Assembly: GCA_043228905.1 (NCBI GenBank)
Contig: JBHGNT010000003.1
Coordinates: forward strand, 18,662,001-18,726,000
DNA length: 64,000 nt
Reading direction: 5' to 3'
DNA from: Azolla caroliniana
Lineage: Eukaryota > Plantae > Polypodiophyta
A program made the translations under genes and the position numbers. Position 1 is the first letter of the stretch. Every line of letters starts with the position of its first letter. Shown here one piece after another: positions 12,405-25,563 of this stretch. The notes below the pieces were generated by a model. The model was not told the DNA's origin. It saw nothing but the letters and a program-made list of their open reading frames with translations, and searched no databases.

Positions 12405-15400
12405 CCCCAAAAGGATCCCGTTATAATATTGGTGGCTTGACGAGATTAGTCGATGAAGGAATGCCACATGGGCCTTCTCCATACGAACCCCTATCGGATG
12501 ACATAATCCGATATTCGTCCCAAGGAGAAGTATTTCTTGTAGGAGACTTCAATGCGAGAACCCAATCCCGACAATGCACAGTATTTCAGATGAATAGAAA
12601 CCTAGAAATGGTAAATGTTGATCCTTTAGACATAGGCACCACACGTAGATCAAAGGATCAAGGTGCAGACGCCACGAGCTTTGGCCATCATCTGCTCGAA
12701 CTTGGCAGTCGGCACCAGATGGTCATATATAATGGTTTAGCTAAGTGGCCGGGCTCGGAAGAGCTCACATGTTTCCCACATGGAGGAGGGGAAAGCACAA
12801 TTGACTATCTAATAGGGCGCCTTGAAGCTACCCACATGATTAACTCCTTCCGAGTGGTCCCATGCCCTATTGGCGCAGACCATAGTTTCTTATACTTCGA
12901 GCTAAAATGTGATATCTCTAAGGTCACCAAGTCTAGTCAACCATGCCATCACACCACAATACATTTCACACATGAGCTCTTTGACATATACTCTCAACAT
13001 GTTCAGGCCCATCTCCCCTCCCTTGATCCCTCCCTACCGTTAGAAAGCCTTAGTACAAAACTCACACACATCCTTCACTCCGCAACAGCTAGCAGTTTCC
13101 CATATACAAAACACTCAAATCAAGGTAGATCAGGATCAATGCCACAAAATAAATGGTATGACGAGGATTGTAGGGACCTACATAGACAACTTACAGTATC
13201 GCAACTCAATGGTAGTATTACCTCCATACAAGCTCGCAAAGAAATGCGTAAGATGACACGTCGTAAGAGACGAGCGTGGGAGGCATCCCAATACTGGGAA
13301 CTCTACCATATGCTCATGAGTAGCGATTGCACCACGGCATGGAAGAGACTACGGGAGCCAAGACCACAAACACCCATCGAAGGTCCCGAAACTTGGCACA
13401 CATATACAGAGAGACTTTACCAAATCCCAAACCAACCACCCTTTCCAATGCCTTCCACACCCCGGCCTACCATGGGGACACTTTTCACGACCTCTAGGGT
13501 CATGAAGGTCATAAAGAAATTACAACATAGGAAGTCCATGGACCACATAGGATTGCGAGCAGAACACATTATATATGCGAGAGAGTGCCTAGCTCCCTTG
13601 CTAACTCTAATCTTCAATCGTGCCCTTGCGGAGGGTTTTCCACCACAGTGGACTATGAATACAGTGGCCCCCATACATAAAGGGGGGGATCCCATGGACC
13701 CAAATACATATAGGACCATTATGATAGGCCATACCCTTGCTAAGTTATATGGTGCAGTAATGGAAGCAGAGCTTAGCGACTACATGGAGACCCTAAACCT
13801 TCGTGCACCTGAACAAGCTGGCTTTAGACGAGCCTTCTCCACTATTGATCATATCTTCACACTTAGATGCCTAATTGACCAAACTAAGGCTCACAAGAAG
13901 AAATTATATTGTTGTTTTGTGGACTTCCGCAAAGCCTTTGACACAGTCCCTAGAGAGCGGTTGTTTGATAGACTTAAAAGCTTGAGGATACCAGATGATA
14001 TGGTATGGGCCATCTACGCACTATATGAACAAGTGTCCGGGTGTGTCCGATGCCCATGTGGCCTATCCAATCGTTTCACTAGCACTATTGGTGTAAAACA
14101 AGGTTGCCCCTATCACCGACGCTTTTTGGGATCTACATTGATGAGATCACAGATTTTATTGCTCGTGAGGGAGGCACCGGAGTGGTCCTTGGGGATACGT
14201 AGGTTCGTATCTTGCTCTATGCGGATGACATAGTTTTGCTCTCTGAATCCGAACACGACCTACAGAGGCACCTTAATGCCTTAGATGACTTTTGTGTACA
14301 ACGAGGATTGGTAGTGAATCTAGGGAAAACGAAAGTCCTTATCTTCCACACATCGGCCCAAGTTAGAGCTAAGTGTCACCTAACTATCTCCAATAGCCCA
14401 GTCGAGGTGGTTGGATCGTACGTCTATCTCGGAGTCACTTTTAGTGCCCGCTCAGGTAAATTTTCGATGACACAGGCAACGAAGGATAGACTCACGAGAG
14501 GACATGCATCCCTCTCACTCCTAGAGAGACAATGCCACCAAGCACACTTTCAAGAGCCACGGACTAAAGGGTGGCTCTTTGACTCATTAGTGACCCCCTC
14601 CCTCATGTATGCATCAACGGTTTGGGCTCCAGGATTACCATCTTTCATGTGGACGCAATTAGAGAGACCATTGGTGATGATGCTATCACGCCAACTCCGA
14701 AGCAAATCGACTGTACCACATGACATTATTAGGGCCGAGTTCACGTTACCCCCAATGCTAGTAGAGGCACTTTTTCAACTTGTAGTCTTCATTGATAGGA
14801 TACATAGCCAACCACATGATAGAATATCTCATCAAGCCTTTAAGGCCTCTCGATCATTGTATGAGTCCGGCTATACTAGCTCATGGTATGGCATGATGGT
14901 GAGTTGGCTTCTTGCGAATGGTCTAGACATTAATAACCTACCTCCCCTTAGGTACAACCACACGAGTGATAACACCTTAATCTCTCATGAGAACCGCAAT
15001 AAAGTAATACGCCAAGAAATATGGCAAATTTACACTCGGTGTAAATGGATCACCCCACTAGAGCCACTCCCATCTAAAATGTCGTACTATAAGAAACACT
15101 TCATGCACTTCTCTGAGTTAGGTTTTATCACGCGGCCAAAATATCTAGATGTATTCTTACCACATGCACTAAGGGTTGCCATTGGACAACTTAGAATATC
15201 ATCTCACCAACTTGAGATTGAAAATGGCCGTACTAGTGGAGTCCCTAGGGAGGAAAGGATATGTAGGTTATGTCACATAGAGATAGAGGATGAGTACCAC
15301 TTTACATGCAAGTGTCCAACCTATGCCGAGATAAGGGCAAAATACCAAGACATACTTGGTCCGTCTCCCACCCTCCCCAAACTATTAGATACTCTAGATA

Positions 15401-15980
15401 TAAAGAAATTAGGCAAATACATTCTAGAGCTAAAACAACACAGAGAGAATAAGTTACAAAATGTTGACAATAATGTTGCTAATGATCACGAACATGTAAC
15501 AAATGATGTTTTTCAGGAACCTGAGGAGACAACGAATGCCGACACACTTGCACCACTCGGCCTTTCCATTGATGAGGCAGAAAACCAGAGAAGAACCAGA
15601 CGTCCTCGGGTGCCGGGTTTCAAAGCAACTCGACGTGATGTGGAAGCAATATTGAAAATAAGGGAATGTGAACTACACTGCCTAGAAGCCATGGCTAGGG
15701 CACTCTCTACATTGGAACCCACATCAAGACCCTTTGACCCCCCACTTCTTTTCGAGAGGCTTGGGTGGAAATAAAATTAGGCTTAGTGTATAGTCACTTT
15801 CGAGTATACTACATATTGTACACTACTAGAACTCTTTTAGTTTAAGTTCTATTTTTTACTTAATTTTATTTTAGTTATGATGACTGGATAAATACTCTAT
15901 TGTTGTAAACCAATTGTCTCATGGGCCAAATTTGGCCTTAGAAGACGTTAATATATCTTTCTTTCTTTCTCTCTCTCCTC
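12405..15980 (+). mobile_element. RTE/RTEX-like LINE, 5'-truncated within the APE endonuclease; EN-RT-CCHC ORF with one frameshift and one stop
   Basis: LVGDFNART, STIDYLI, GADH (EN); EQAGFR, FVDFRKAFD, GVKQGCP, LYADD (RT); CRLC..EDEYHFTCKC zinc finger; 1-nt loss in a C run near 14110 and in-frame TAG near 14200; 3' hairpin 15924-15937; (CTTT/CT)n tail. Confidence 0.92.
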
Positions 15981-16044
15981 ATCTGTGTAGTTCTCCCTCA
16001 CTCACTCTCTCCCCTTGTCTGTTGTCTCTTTCCCTCCCTCTCTA

Positions 16045-19000
16045 GTCCACTCCAAATTTGACAAGCAATTAGACATTGTATAAATTGATGAGTACTATCT
16101 TCCATCTGAACAATGCAAAAGAAACAATTACTTGTTGGTAATCCACGACGCTTTAGAGCTAATCCCAAAGGCAATCCTCCAATCAAAACTCTCCAAATGA
16201 AGACGTTTGCTACAAGTGGCAATTTAGAATGCCAACTACATTGTAAGATCTGCCACCACCCATGATGAGATTTGTGTAATCTCCATTCTTCTTCAGCCTT
16301 AGTTGATAACCATCCAAGAGACTCAACAAAGAAATGATACAAAAGATTAGTAGTCACTTGTAACAATGATGTTTGACCCTTTAAACACCAATCAAGCCAC
16401 GATTGTTCTCCTGTTTGTAGAGGTAAGGGACCTTGCATCAATGCAATATTTTGTAGTTGTTGCCAAATAAACCCATAATTAGGCGGAATGTGTAATAATT
16501 GTCGTGCTTCAGCAAACTCCAAAATACTTTGAGATGGAGCCTCAACTATATCTCCCACCTCTTTGACCCCCAAACGAAACAAACGATTAAATTGAGAGCG
16601 CAATCTCTCATTTCCTGGCCAACAGAATAACCGAGAAGAAACAAACAACTCTTTTTGCAAAGAATTACAATGCTCTCTAATAGATGATGGTTTCCATACA
16701 CATAACAAGAGTGCTTCTTGCCATGAGGTAACCAAGTGTTGAACACATGTAGAGCCCAAAATCCTAAGTGAAATACATCCATTTAGTAATTGCCACCAAG
16801 AAGCCTTAATCGTTGTCCTCCCATGTGTTAAACCCTTGTTCTCAATGAAATTTTGAACAATAGATATCCATGGTTGTGAGTTTGAACACATATATTGTAA
16901 TAATGAAAATCTACGAGCTATCATATGCTTAGATAAGTTCAATATTCCAGCCCCCCCCAAGTGCTTAGGGGTTGCTAGATGATTCCATGCAACCCAAGTT
17001 ATTCCCATCTTATCCCTCTTCTTCCACAACAAATATCGAAGAGGTTGCAAAATAGAATGCAAAGCCTTCTTTGTCCATGGCAACAATGGCAAGTAATATA
17101 ATATCATGGGTTCCATAATGCATTGTACAACCTTCAAGCGTACATGAAATGGCCAAGATTGTGACGTCCAATACATGAACTTATCCCTCAACTTACTAGA
17201 CATCTATTCAATCAATTGACCATTTCTAACATTCATGCCTAATGGATAGTCCAAGTGTCGAAAAATAGAGCCTTTCTTCACCACAAATCCTTGCCATCCT
17301 AAACATTCCAAATCCCTTTCAGTACATGATATGAGACTAGACTTCCTCCAATTAATATATAATCCGGAAGCCAATGCAAATTGGTTCCATAAAAGCATCC
17401 CCTTCTCAAGATTCTCTCGTAAGGCTTGTAGAAACATGAAAGAATCATCAACCAAAGCTTGTGCTACTAGTTGCCCTCCAGACAGAAGGTGTAGACCCAC
17501 AATATCACCATTTGTTGCAAGCTTGGATAACATCACTAACAAGGGATGAGTATCAATAGCAAACAACAATGGACTAATGGGGCATCCTTGACGAATGGAT
17601 CTTGTGAGGACACTATCTAATGTAACTCCCCCATTAAGCATTACTCGAGACATCGCATCTTGTCCTAATAAAAAATGAGGTGAGACATACAAGGTCCAAA
17701 GCCCATTGTATGCATTAACCCAGAAACGAAGGACCAATTAACATGACCATAAAGCTTTCTCCAAATCTAATTGCACCATAATCAATTCTTGATGAGTGTT
17801 TCGAGCATAATCCATGACCATTTGAACATTCAACACATTATGCAATATATTCTTACTTGCAATAAAATCATATTGTGCGGGATGTATCAACTTTGGCAAA
17901 TACTTTTGTAATATTTGCCAAGACCTTTGTAAAAATCTTATACAACACCCCCATCAAAGAAATAGGTCTCCATTGATGAAATAGCTCTGGAGATGCCACT
18001 TTTGGAATTAATTTAATTAGACCAACCTTCCAAGCTTGAGGCATACGACCAAAATCCCAAGAACGCTGAAACATCAAAGTTAAGGGCTTCACATGTACCA
18101 CATTAGATAGCGTATAAGTAGGATGTAATGCTTGGAAAAACAAATGAGGTTGACATTGATTATCTATGAGCCCATCCCTCAATTGTCGCATCTTCGCATA
18201 ATGATAACTTTGGCATTGCAACTGAGAAATAATAACATACAATTGACTTTGGATATCCAAAAGCTCCTCATCTAATGGTGCATGTATCAATAATGCATTA
18301 CACTTGGAGAGAACTTGTGAGAATTGTTGAAGAAGACCTTTTCTTCGTTGAGCATTAGTTACTCCATACATACGATGAATGGTCTTAATGTTTCGTAATG
18401 TGATATCCCATGCTTTAACTCCTTTAAGATTCATTTGTTGTGAAAAATTTACCAAAATTTGCTCCATGAGAGAATCAAAGTGAGGTTGAAGCAAAAGAGA
18501 AGAGTTAAAGCGTGTAAAGAATCAAGAGATGAATTCTTGTGAAGCGGAAGAGATATGAGTTATGTGTGCGTATGAGAGAGAGAGAGAGGGAGTGAGACAA
18601 GGAATAAGACACAAAGAATATGCAAGGTAAAAGTATATTAACAACGGAGAAAGACTCAACACAATACACGGTGGGAGGAGGGTGCTTTATATAGTCACCC
18701 TCTCTCTTCATTAACGACAAGTCTCATGGAGCATGGGGAATGTGAAAGCTCATAAGTTATGTGTCATATAATATGATTCTATGACTCATACTAAATGCTA
18801 GAATACAAAGAGGTGACTTAATGGTGACTCTTGACCGTTGGAGTGTCTATTCACTCTCAAGGTGAGTTCACACACTAGACCAAGTTGAGCTTGATTCTCA
18901 ACAAAGTGTAATGGAGGCTTTCCACATAAAGACTTATACATGTCAATTACATGACCACTAACCTCCAAACAAATAGGAAAGTGATATGAAGTTCCTACAT

Positions 19001-19661
19001 CTTGTAAAACTGTCATATGAAGTGATGTCAATAAAAAAGAATCATTGTGCATCACATACATTCTATCTAACCGACTCCATGTTTGTCTATGTTGAGCGGA
19101 TTGGAAAGTAAAACCTGGATCATTCCCATGCAACCATGTCCAAACATACAACTTCAGAACCTCCATAGCCAATGAATCCCAAGAAAGTTGCTCAGGATCA
19201 TCCATGATTGAATGTTCAGACGTAGATTGAGATGCATCAACACACATGTTAAAATCACCCATAAGTAATCCTGGACGACCCACACATAGAGTTTGATGGA
19301 GTGAGCCCCATAATGCAATATGTTGAGTGGCTTGGTTAGGGGCATAAATCCTAACCACCCACATAACCTCGCCAAAAAAAGTGATTTCTAGAACCAAAAA
19401 CTGACCATAAGGATCATTATGCACCACTTGATGATAATATTTATCCTACACGATTAATACCACACCTAAATAATGATTATTAAGATGTCCTGCATAGAAT
19501 GATGAATATCCACGCAAATGAACTGTGGATCCTGCTAACTCATGACACTTATGCTCAATTGCACATAATATATCCCATTCTTTACTTAACAAAGTTTGCC
19601 ATAATATATACTTCGTATGAGGAGAACATGCCCCTCTCACATTCCATGTTACCACTTTCAT
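16045..19661 (-). pseudogene. L1-type LINE ORF2 (APE EN, RT, zf-RVT), degenerate and split by a solo LTR
   Basis: MKVVTWNVRG, LMGDFN, SRLDRMY (EN); WRPISL, SIRQGCPISP, LVDD (RT); CFFC..EDSTHQFIQC (zf-RVT). Confidence 0.92.
18513..18903 (-). mobile_element. Solo LTR, copia family related to the LTRs at 26852, 32340 and 56001
   Basis: TG...CA ends; start TGTTGAGAATCAAGCTCAAC resembles TGTTGAGCGGGCAAGCTCAAC; TSD AAGCG/AAGTG; removal restores L1 peptide KPPLRFNSSLL. Confidence 0.85.
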
Positions 19662-19689
19662 TCAATCAGCAATGTTATGGGTGCACTTG

Positions 19690-20783
19690 CTCCTTTAGAG
19701 CAACCGATGTCATGAAACTAGTCAAAGCATGTTCCAATGTTGCATATGGATTTTCATGCACCACATCCTTAGGGCCGTCTATCGAAATCTTTTGTTTAGG
19801 TTCTCTCGCTTGACGAAAACCTTGAGAATTCGATGAATTTACAACTCATCCCAATGAATCAAATTGAAGGTGAAGGGGGGTAATCCCTTATACCTAAATT
19901 GTCTTTGCCAAGGAACTTTTCGAGGACCCTCCCTAGTTCCCGAATTACCTTTCCAAGTAGTCTCACGATTAGTGGGCAAACTATTATGTTGCATATTCAT
20001 TGATTTCCCTTTCGACTTACCCTTAACCTGATGCCAATCCTTTTCAACAACAACATCACTACTAGTTCTATCCAACGGTTTTCCCCCCTTATCTATAACC
20101 ACCAAACTTTGTTTTTCCATATCTATAGATTGAGCTCCCTTATTCTTAGGGTCGAAGCCTTGAAGTGAAACCTTGTTATAACCTGCTCTAGATGATTTTC
20201 CTTCATCCATAACAACCACAATATTTGACACACCAACATCTCTCCCAACTCCTTCCTTACCATTCCCTTCATTAGGAACCTCTATAGTTGAAGGACAATG
20301 ACGATGGCATTCCGCCATAAAGTGAACCCATTCACCACATCCAAAACAATGACCTGCAAATGTCTCCCACTTCAATTTAAAACACAATCTTTCATACCAA
20401 GTGTGTTCATATGCACCCATCCTGGCCTCTTACGACTTGTATCCCATAACACACAAAATCTACACTTATTTGTAACATTTGCATGTGGAGACACCAACAC
20501 TCCCATTTGACTCATCAACTTTGGTAAAAGTGGCCATAAAAAAACATGCTTCCAATCCACTGTTAACCAAACGACGCATTCTTGTTTTAACAAAGCATGA
20601 TAGTCCACAATGGGGGACCATTGCATTACATGCACCAATCGTTTATAAAAAAACACATGAACTTTAGCCAACAATGCACTTCAATGTTTAGGTGAACGAA
20701 ACACTACATTATAAAACCCTCGTGGTCCTGCATATATATTTTCAACACAATTTGGTGACACAATTGTGTTCAACCATTGTTTA
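19690..20783 (-). pseudogene. L1 ORF1, central and 3' part (zinc knuckle), degenerate
   Basis: CFGCGEWVHFMAEC knuckle and VHVMQWSP motif directly upstream of ORF2; interrupted by the copia at 20784. Confidence 0.8.
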
Positions 20784-21448
20784 TGTTGGGATTACGGTCC
20801 CTCCGGATGGGATGGTCGGATGTCCGGGAATCGAATGATGAATACCCCGGCTACGGAGCCGGATGATGAAGACCCCGGTTACGGAGCCGGATGCTGAAGA
20901 CCCCGACTACGGAGCCGGATGCTGAAGACTCCGGCTACGGAGCCGGATGATGAAGACCCCGGCTACGGAGCCGGATGCTAAATGTACCCGGAGAGAGATC
21001 CGGATGCGGGGACATATTTGTGAATATGTTTGCCAAGAGCCCTTGAGGCTATATTTGTAAATAGCCCGAAAGTCATATGTGTATAAATATGACTTAGGGC
21101 AAACAGTTTAAATGTTGTTGCTCATTTTTATGTTTCAGTTGAGAGAGCAAAGAGAGAGCAGCCGAGAGAGAGGGAGAGAAACGAAGAGGTCGACATCTCT
21201 GTGTATTACCGCCGCCTGTGGCGAAGACAGTGAGCTCAAGGTCGTAGCCTTGTAGCTTCACCATTGTACACCTCTGTTTATAGTGATAGTTGGAGTTTGA
21301 GGACTCCCGTGGTTTTTTCCCATTTAGGGTTTTCCACGTAAAACATCCTGTGTACTCCTCTCTCTATTGTCCTCGTGCACTTTCTATTTCCCGTTTTCTG
21401 TGAGTTGATCCTATTCCTCGGTTTGTGACCGAGCGCTGTTTTGCAACA
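20784..21448 (+). repeat. 5' LTR (665 bp) with five 28-bp tandem units
   Basis: Matches the 3' LTR apart from 3 extra 28-bp units and about 2 substitutions. Confidence 0.95.
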
Positions 21449-21479
21449 AATTGGTATCAGAGCGACGGTAACACAGAAA

Positions 21480-24400
21480 ATGGAAGGCGGCGGTAGTGGG
21501 CCTCCGGGCATGATGGTGTTGAACTCACAGAACTACGCCGACTGGAAGATAAAGATGGAAGACCTTCTCATCGTCTGAGACCTGTATGAACCGATCGACA
21601 ATGTCGAGATACCCAAGGGGGTAATAGAGTCGGAGTGGAAGCTCCTGAACCGGAAAGCCGTAGCGACGATCCGGCAATATGTCGATGTAAGCGTTCTACA
21701 ACATGTGGCGAACGACACCAACGCATATGAGATGTGGAAGAAGCTGTCGGGCCTCTACGAGAGGAAGAATGCGTTGAACCGGACCTCCCTGATGAGGAAG
21801 ATAGTGAACCTCAAGTACCGGGACGGCGAGAATATGGTGGAACACGTGAGCACGTTCATGGGATTCGTGAACCAGCTTGCGGCGATCAAGTTCCCGTTGG
21901 AGGATGCAATGCAAGCCATCATTCTGATGTGTACATTGCCGGAAAGCTGGGAGAACTTGGTGGTGACTCTCAGCACCTCCTGCACCGAAGATAACTTGTC
22001 TCTACAAACGGTAAAGACAAGCATTTTGAACGAAGAAGCGCGTCGGAGAGATAAAGAACCGGTTTCCGATCCGAAGATGCTGCTTACCGAATCGGATCGG
22101 GGAAGACAATGGAACCGGAGTCCGCAAAGACGGGAGAAGTCGGGGACCCGGTCGCAGTCAAGAGGAAGGCCCACATGCTTCCACTGTGGGAAGCCGGGGC
22201 ACTTCCGGAAGAATTGTCGGCATTACCGAAAGGACAACGGAGCCGACCACACCGATTCGAAGAAGTCACCGGAGAGAAACGGTGCATACCGGGGAGCCAC
22301 GGACCGGAGAGGTCCGGATCGGCAAGGGCAGGACCGGAAAGGAACGACGGCACTCGCGGCAAGTGAAGAAGAGATAATGCTCATTACCGAAGAGAGGGAG
22401 CTGAACCTTGCCGGTGTAGAGATGACCTGGGTGGTCGATTCCGGAGCGTCGTTCCACCTGACCCCGGAGAAGAAATACTTCTCATCCTACACAGCCGGTG
22501 AGCACGGCTGTGTCCGGATGGGAAATGAAGGCACATGCCGGATTGCCGGCATAGGAGACGTGTGGCTGATGACATCAACCGGATGCGAGATGCTGCTGAA
22601 GGATGTTCGACACGTTCCGGAGGTCCGATTGAACCTGATCTCGGCCGGGAGGCTAGATGATGAAGGCTACACGGGTAGCATCCGGAACGGTGTTATGAAG
22701 TTCAGCAAAGGGAGCCTGATAGTGGCTCGGGCCCGGAAGGTCAATACACTGTACCTGATGAATTCCCGGCTATGTCTGGAGGAGCTGAACGTGGCAGCCG
22801 ACACTGCCGGTGAGCTGTGGCACAAGAGACTGTGCCACATGAGTGAGAAGGGGATGAAGAGGCTTGCCGATGACAACCTGATACCGGTAAAGCACGTACA
22901 CCTGGGGAAGTGTACCGACTGTCTGGCCGGTAAGCAAAACCGGACCTCCTTCCACTCAAGGCCACCGACGAGACGTAGCGCACCATTGGAGTTGGTACAC
23001 ACTGATGTGTGTCAAGTAGAAGCGAAGTCACATGGCGGTGCTCAGTACTTCGTGACATTCATAGATGACCATAGCCGGAAGCTGTGGACGGCACCGTTGA
23101 AGACAAAGGACCAAGTATTGTCCATCTTCAAAGAACTCCACGCGAGAGTGGAAAGAGAATCCGGCAAGAAGCTGAAAGCGATACGAGCGGATAACGGAGG
23201 GGAATACCGGGGGCAGTTCGCAGAGTACTGTCGCTCGAAGGGAATCCGGCTCGAGTTTACTGTGCCGAAGACGCCGGAACTGAACGGGCTGGCCGAGAGG
23301 ATGAACCGGACCATAATGGAGAGGGTCCGAAGTATGCTAGCTCATGCGAAATTACCCAAGGGATTTTGGGCTGAGGCAATGTCGACGGCGACGTATGTGA
23401 TAAATAGATCACCCTCAGTACCTTTGGACGGAGACACGCCGCATAAAGTGTGGACCGGTAAGGAAGTGTCCTACCGGCATCTGAAGGTGTTCGGGTGTCT
23501 CGCATACGTGCATGTGGCAAGGGACCGGAGAGGAAAGTTAGATCCAAAGACCCGGCCATGCATATTCCTCGGTTACGTCGATGACGAGTTCGGCTACCGA
23601 GTATGGGACCCGGTCGACAAGAAGATATTCAGGAGTCGAGATATCATCTTCATGGAGGACAAGACACTCGCCGACTGGGAGTCGGAGAAGAAGATGAAGA
23701 GCTCCAAGTCGACCGGTGAGGATCAACTCTACGAAGAGCAGTCCCGACCGGCAAGGGACCGGTTAGCACTCGAGGATCCAGCCGAAGACGGTGAAGAAAC
23801 AGAACCGGCCGAGGAAGATGAAACTAATACCGGAACCGGCCCCGATCCCGAAATGGATTCGGATGAAGAGGAAACGGAGGAGCCGGTTACCGAAGCTCCG
23901 GAACGGAGATACCCTCTAAGAGAGAGAAGGGCCCCCCGGAGATTTCCAGAACCAGAGCACGTGCTGCTAACCGACGAGGGGGAGCCGGAGAGTTTTGAAG
24001 AAGCAAAGCTTGACACCCATTGCCGCAGGTGGTTAAGTGCCATGCAGGAGGAGATGGATTCCCTGCATGAGAACCACACATATGAACTTGTGGAGTTGCC
24101 GAAAGGAAAACGGGCACTTCGAAACAAGTGGGTGTTCAAGCTGAAACCGGGAGATGTCGGAAACCCCCCGAGATACAAAGCCAGGATCGTAGTGAAGGGG
24201 TTCCAGCAGAAGAAGGGCGTCAACTTCGACGAGATATTTGCCCCGGTAGTGAAGATGACCTCCATCCGGACGGTGCTGAGCATAGCGGCAAGCGTGGACC
24301 TCGAGGTAGAACAGATGGACGTGAAGACGGCATTCCTTCACGGGGACCTCGAAGAAGAGATCTACATGCAGCAACCGGAAGGATTCGAGAAGAAAGGGAA

Positions 24401-25553
24401 GGAGCACCTGGTATGCCGGTTGAAGAAGAGCCTTTACGGACTGAAGCAGGCTCCCCGGCAATGGTACCGGAAGTTCGACTCTTTCATGACCGACGAAGGC
24501 TACCACAAAACGCAGACCGATCACTGCGTGTTTGTGAAGAAGTTCGAAGGAGGAGACTTTCTAATACTCCTCCTGTACGTGGACGACATGTTGATCGTCG
24601 GACGGGACCAGGCCAAGATACGGATGCTGAAGAAAGTGCTCCACCGAACTTTCTCAATGAAGGACCTGGGTCCGGCGAGGCAAATACTAGGGATGCACAT
24701 CATCCGGAACCGGAAGAAGAAGCAGTTGTGGCTGTCACAAGAGAAGTACGTGACAAAGGTGCTTCACCGGTTCAACATGTCGGAAGCAAGACCGGTCGGG
24801 TCAACCCTCCCGGCAAACTGCAAGTTGTCCAGCAAGCAAAGCCCCAAGACAAAGGCTGAGAAGGAGGACATGATGAAAGTACCATATGCCTCTGCCGTCG
24901 GAAGCTTGATGTACGCAATGGTGTGTACAAGACCGGACATAGGATACGCAGTCGGAGTGGTGAGCCGGTACATGAGCAATCCCGGCAAAGACCACTGGAA
25001 CGCGGTCAAGTGGATACTCCGATACCTGAAGGGCACGGCAAACGTGTGCCTCCGATTCGGCTCCGGTAAGCCTGAACTCGACGGCTTTACCGATTCGGAT
25101 ATGTCGGCTGATGCAGATACCAGCCGGTCCACTTCAGGGTATGTGATGACGTATGCAGGTGGAGCTGTTTCGTGGCAGTCGAGGCTGCAGAAGACGGTTG
25201 CGTTGTCAACCACGGAGGCGGAGTACATGGCGGCTGTTGAAGCCGGCAAGGAAATAATATGGGTGAAGGACTTCATTAGAGAGCTCGGTATCCGGCAGGA
25301 AGAGTACCGACTCTACTGCGACAGTCAGAGTGCCATTCACCTTGCGAAGAATGCGGCCTATCACTCCCGGACGAAGCACATCCAGCGTAGATACCACTGG
25401 ATCCGGGAAAGGATAGAAGACAAGGAGTTCATGCTGACGAAGATCCACACGGACGAGAACGGGTCGGATATGCTGACCAAGGTACTCACACCCGACAAGC
25501 TGGAAGCATGCCGGAAAAGGATCGGATTGGAGAGACATCCCATGCCGAAGTGA
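21480..25553 (+). CDS. Copia gag-pol polyprotein (gag-PR-IN-RT-RH) with one premature TGA at 21576-21578; open from there to 25553
   Basis: CFHCGKPGHFRKNC, VVDSGAS, LVHTDVC/ADNGGEY/AERMN, LLYVDD, FTDSD...STTEAEY; upstream ATG 21480 is in frame. Confidence 0.95.
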
Positions 25554-25563
25554 AGGGGGAGTT

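Noticed and set aside
14100-14212. Programmed frameshift joining the two LINE ORFs
   Set aside because: The break is a 1-nt loss within the conserved GCPLSP motif and is followed by an in-frame TAG, so it reflects decay or sequence error
20830-20980. 28-bp repeats resembling a CRISPR array
   Set aside because: Units are adjacent with no unique spacers, lie inside a copia LTR, and no cas genes are present
21696-25543. Many antisense and alternate-frame ORFs over copia pol (also 37-40 kb)
   Set aside because: Expected shadows of GC-rich coding sequence; no independent motifs
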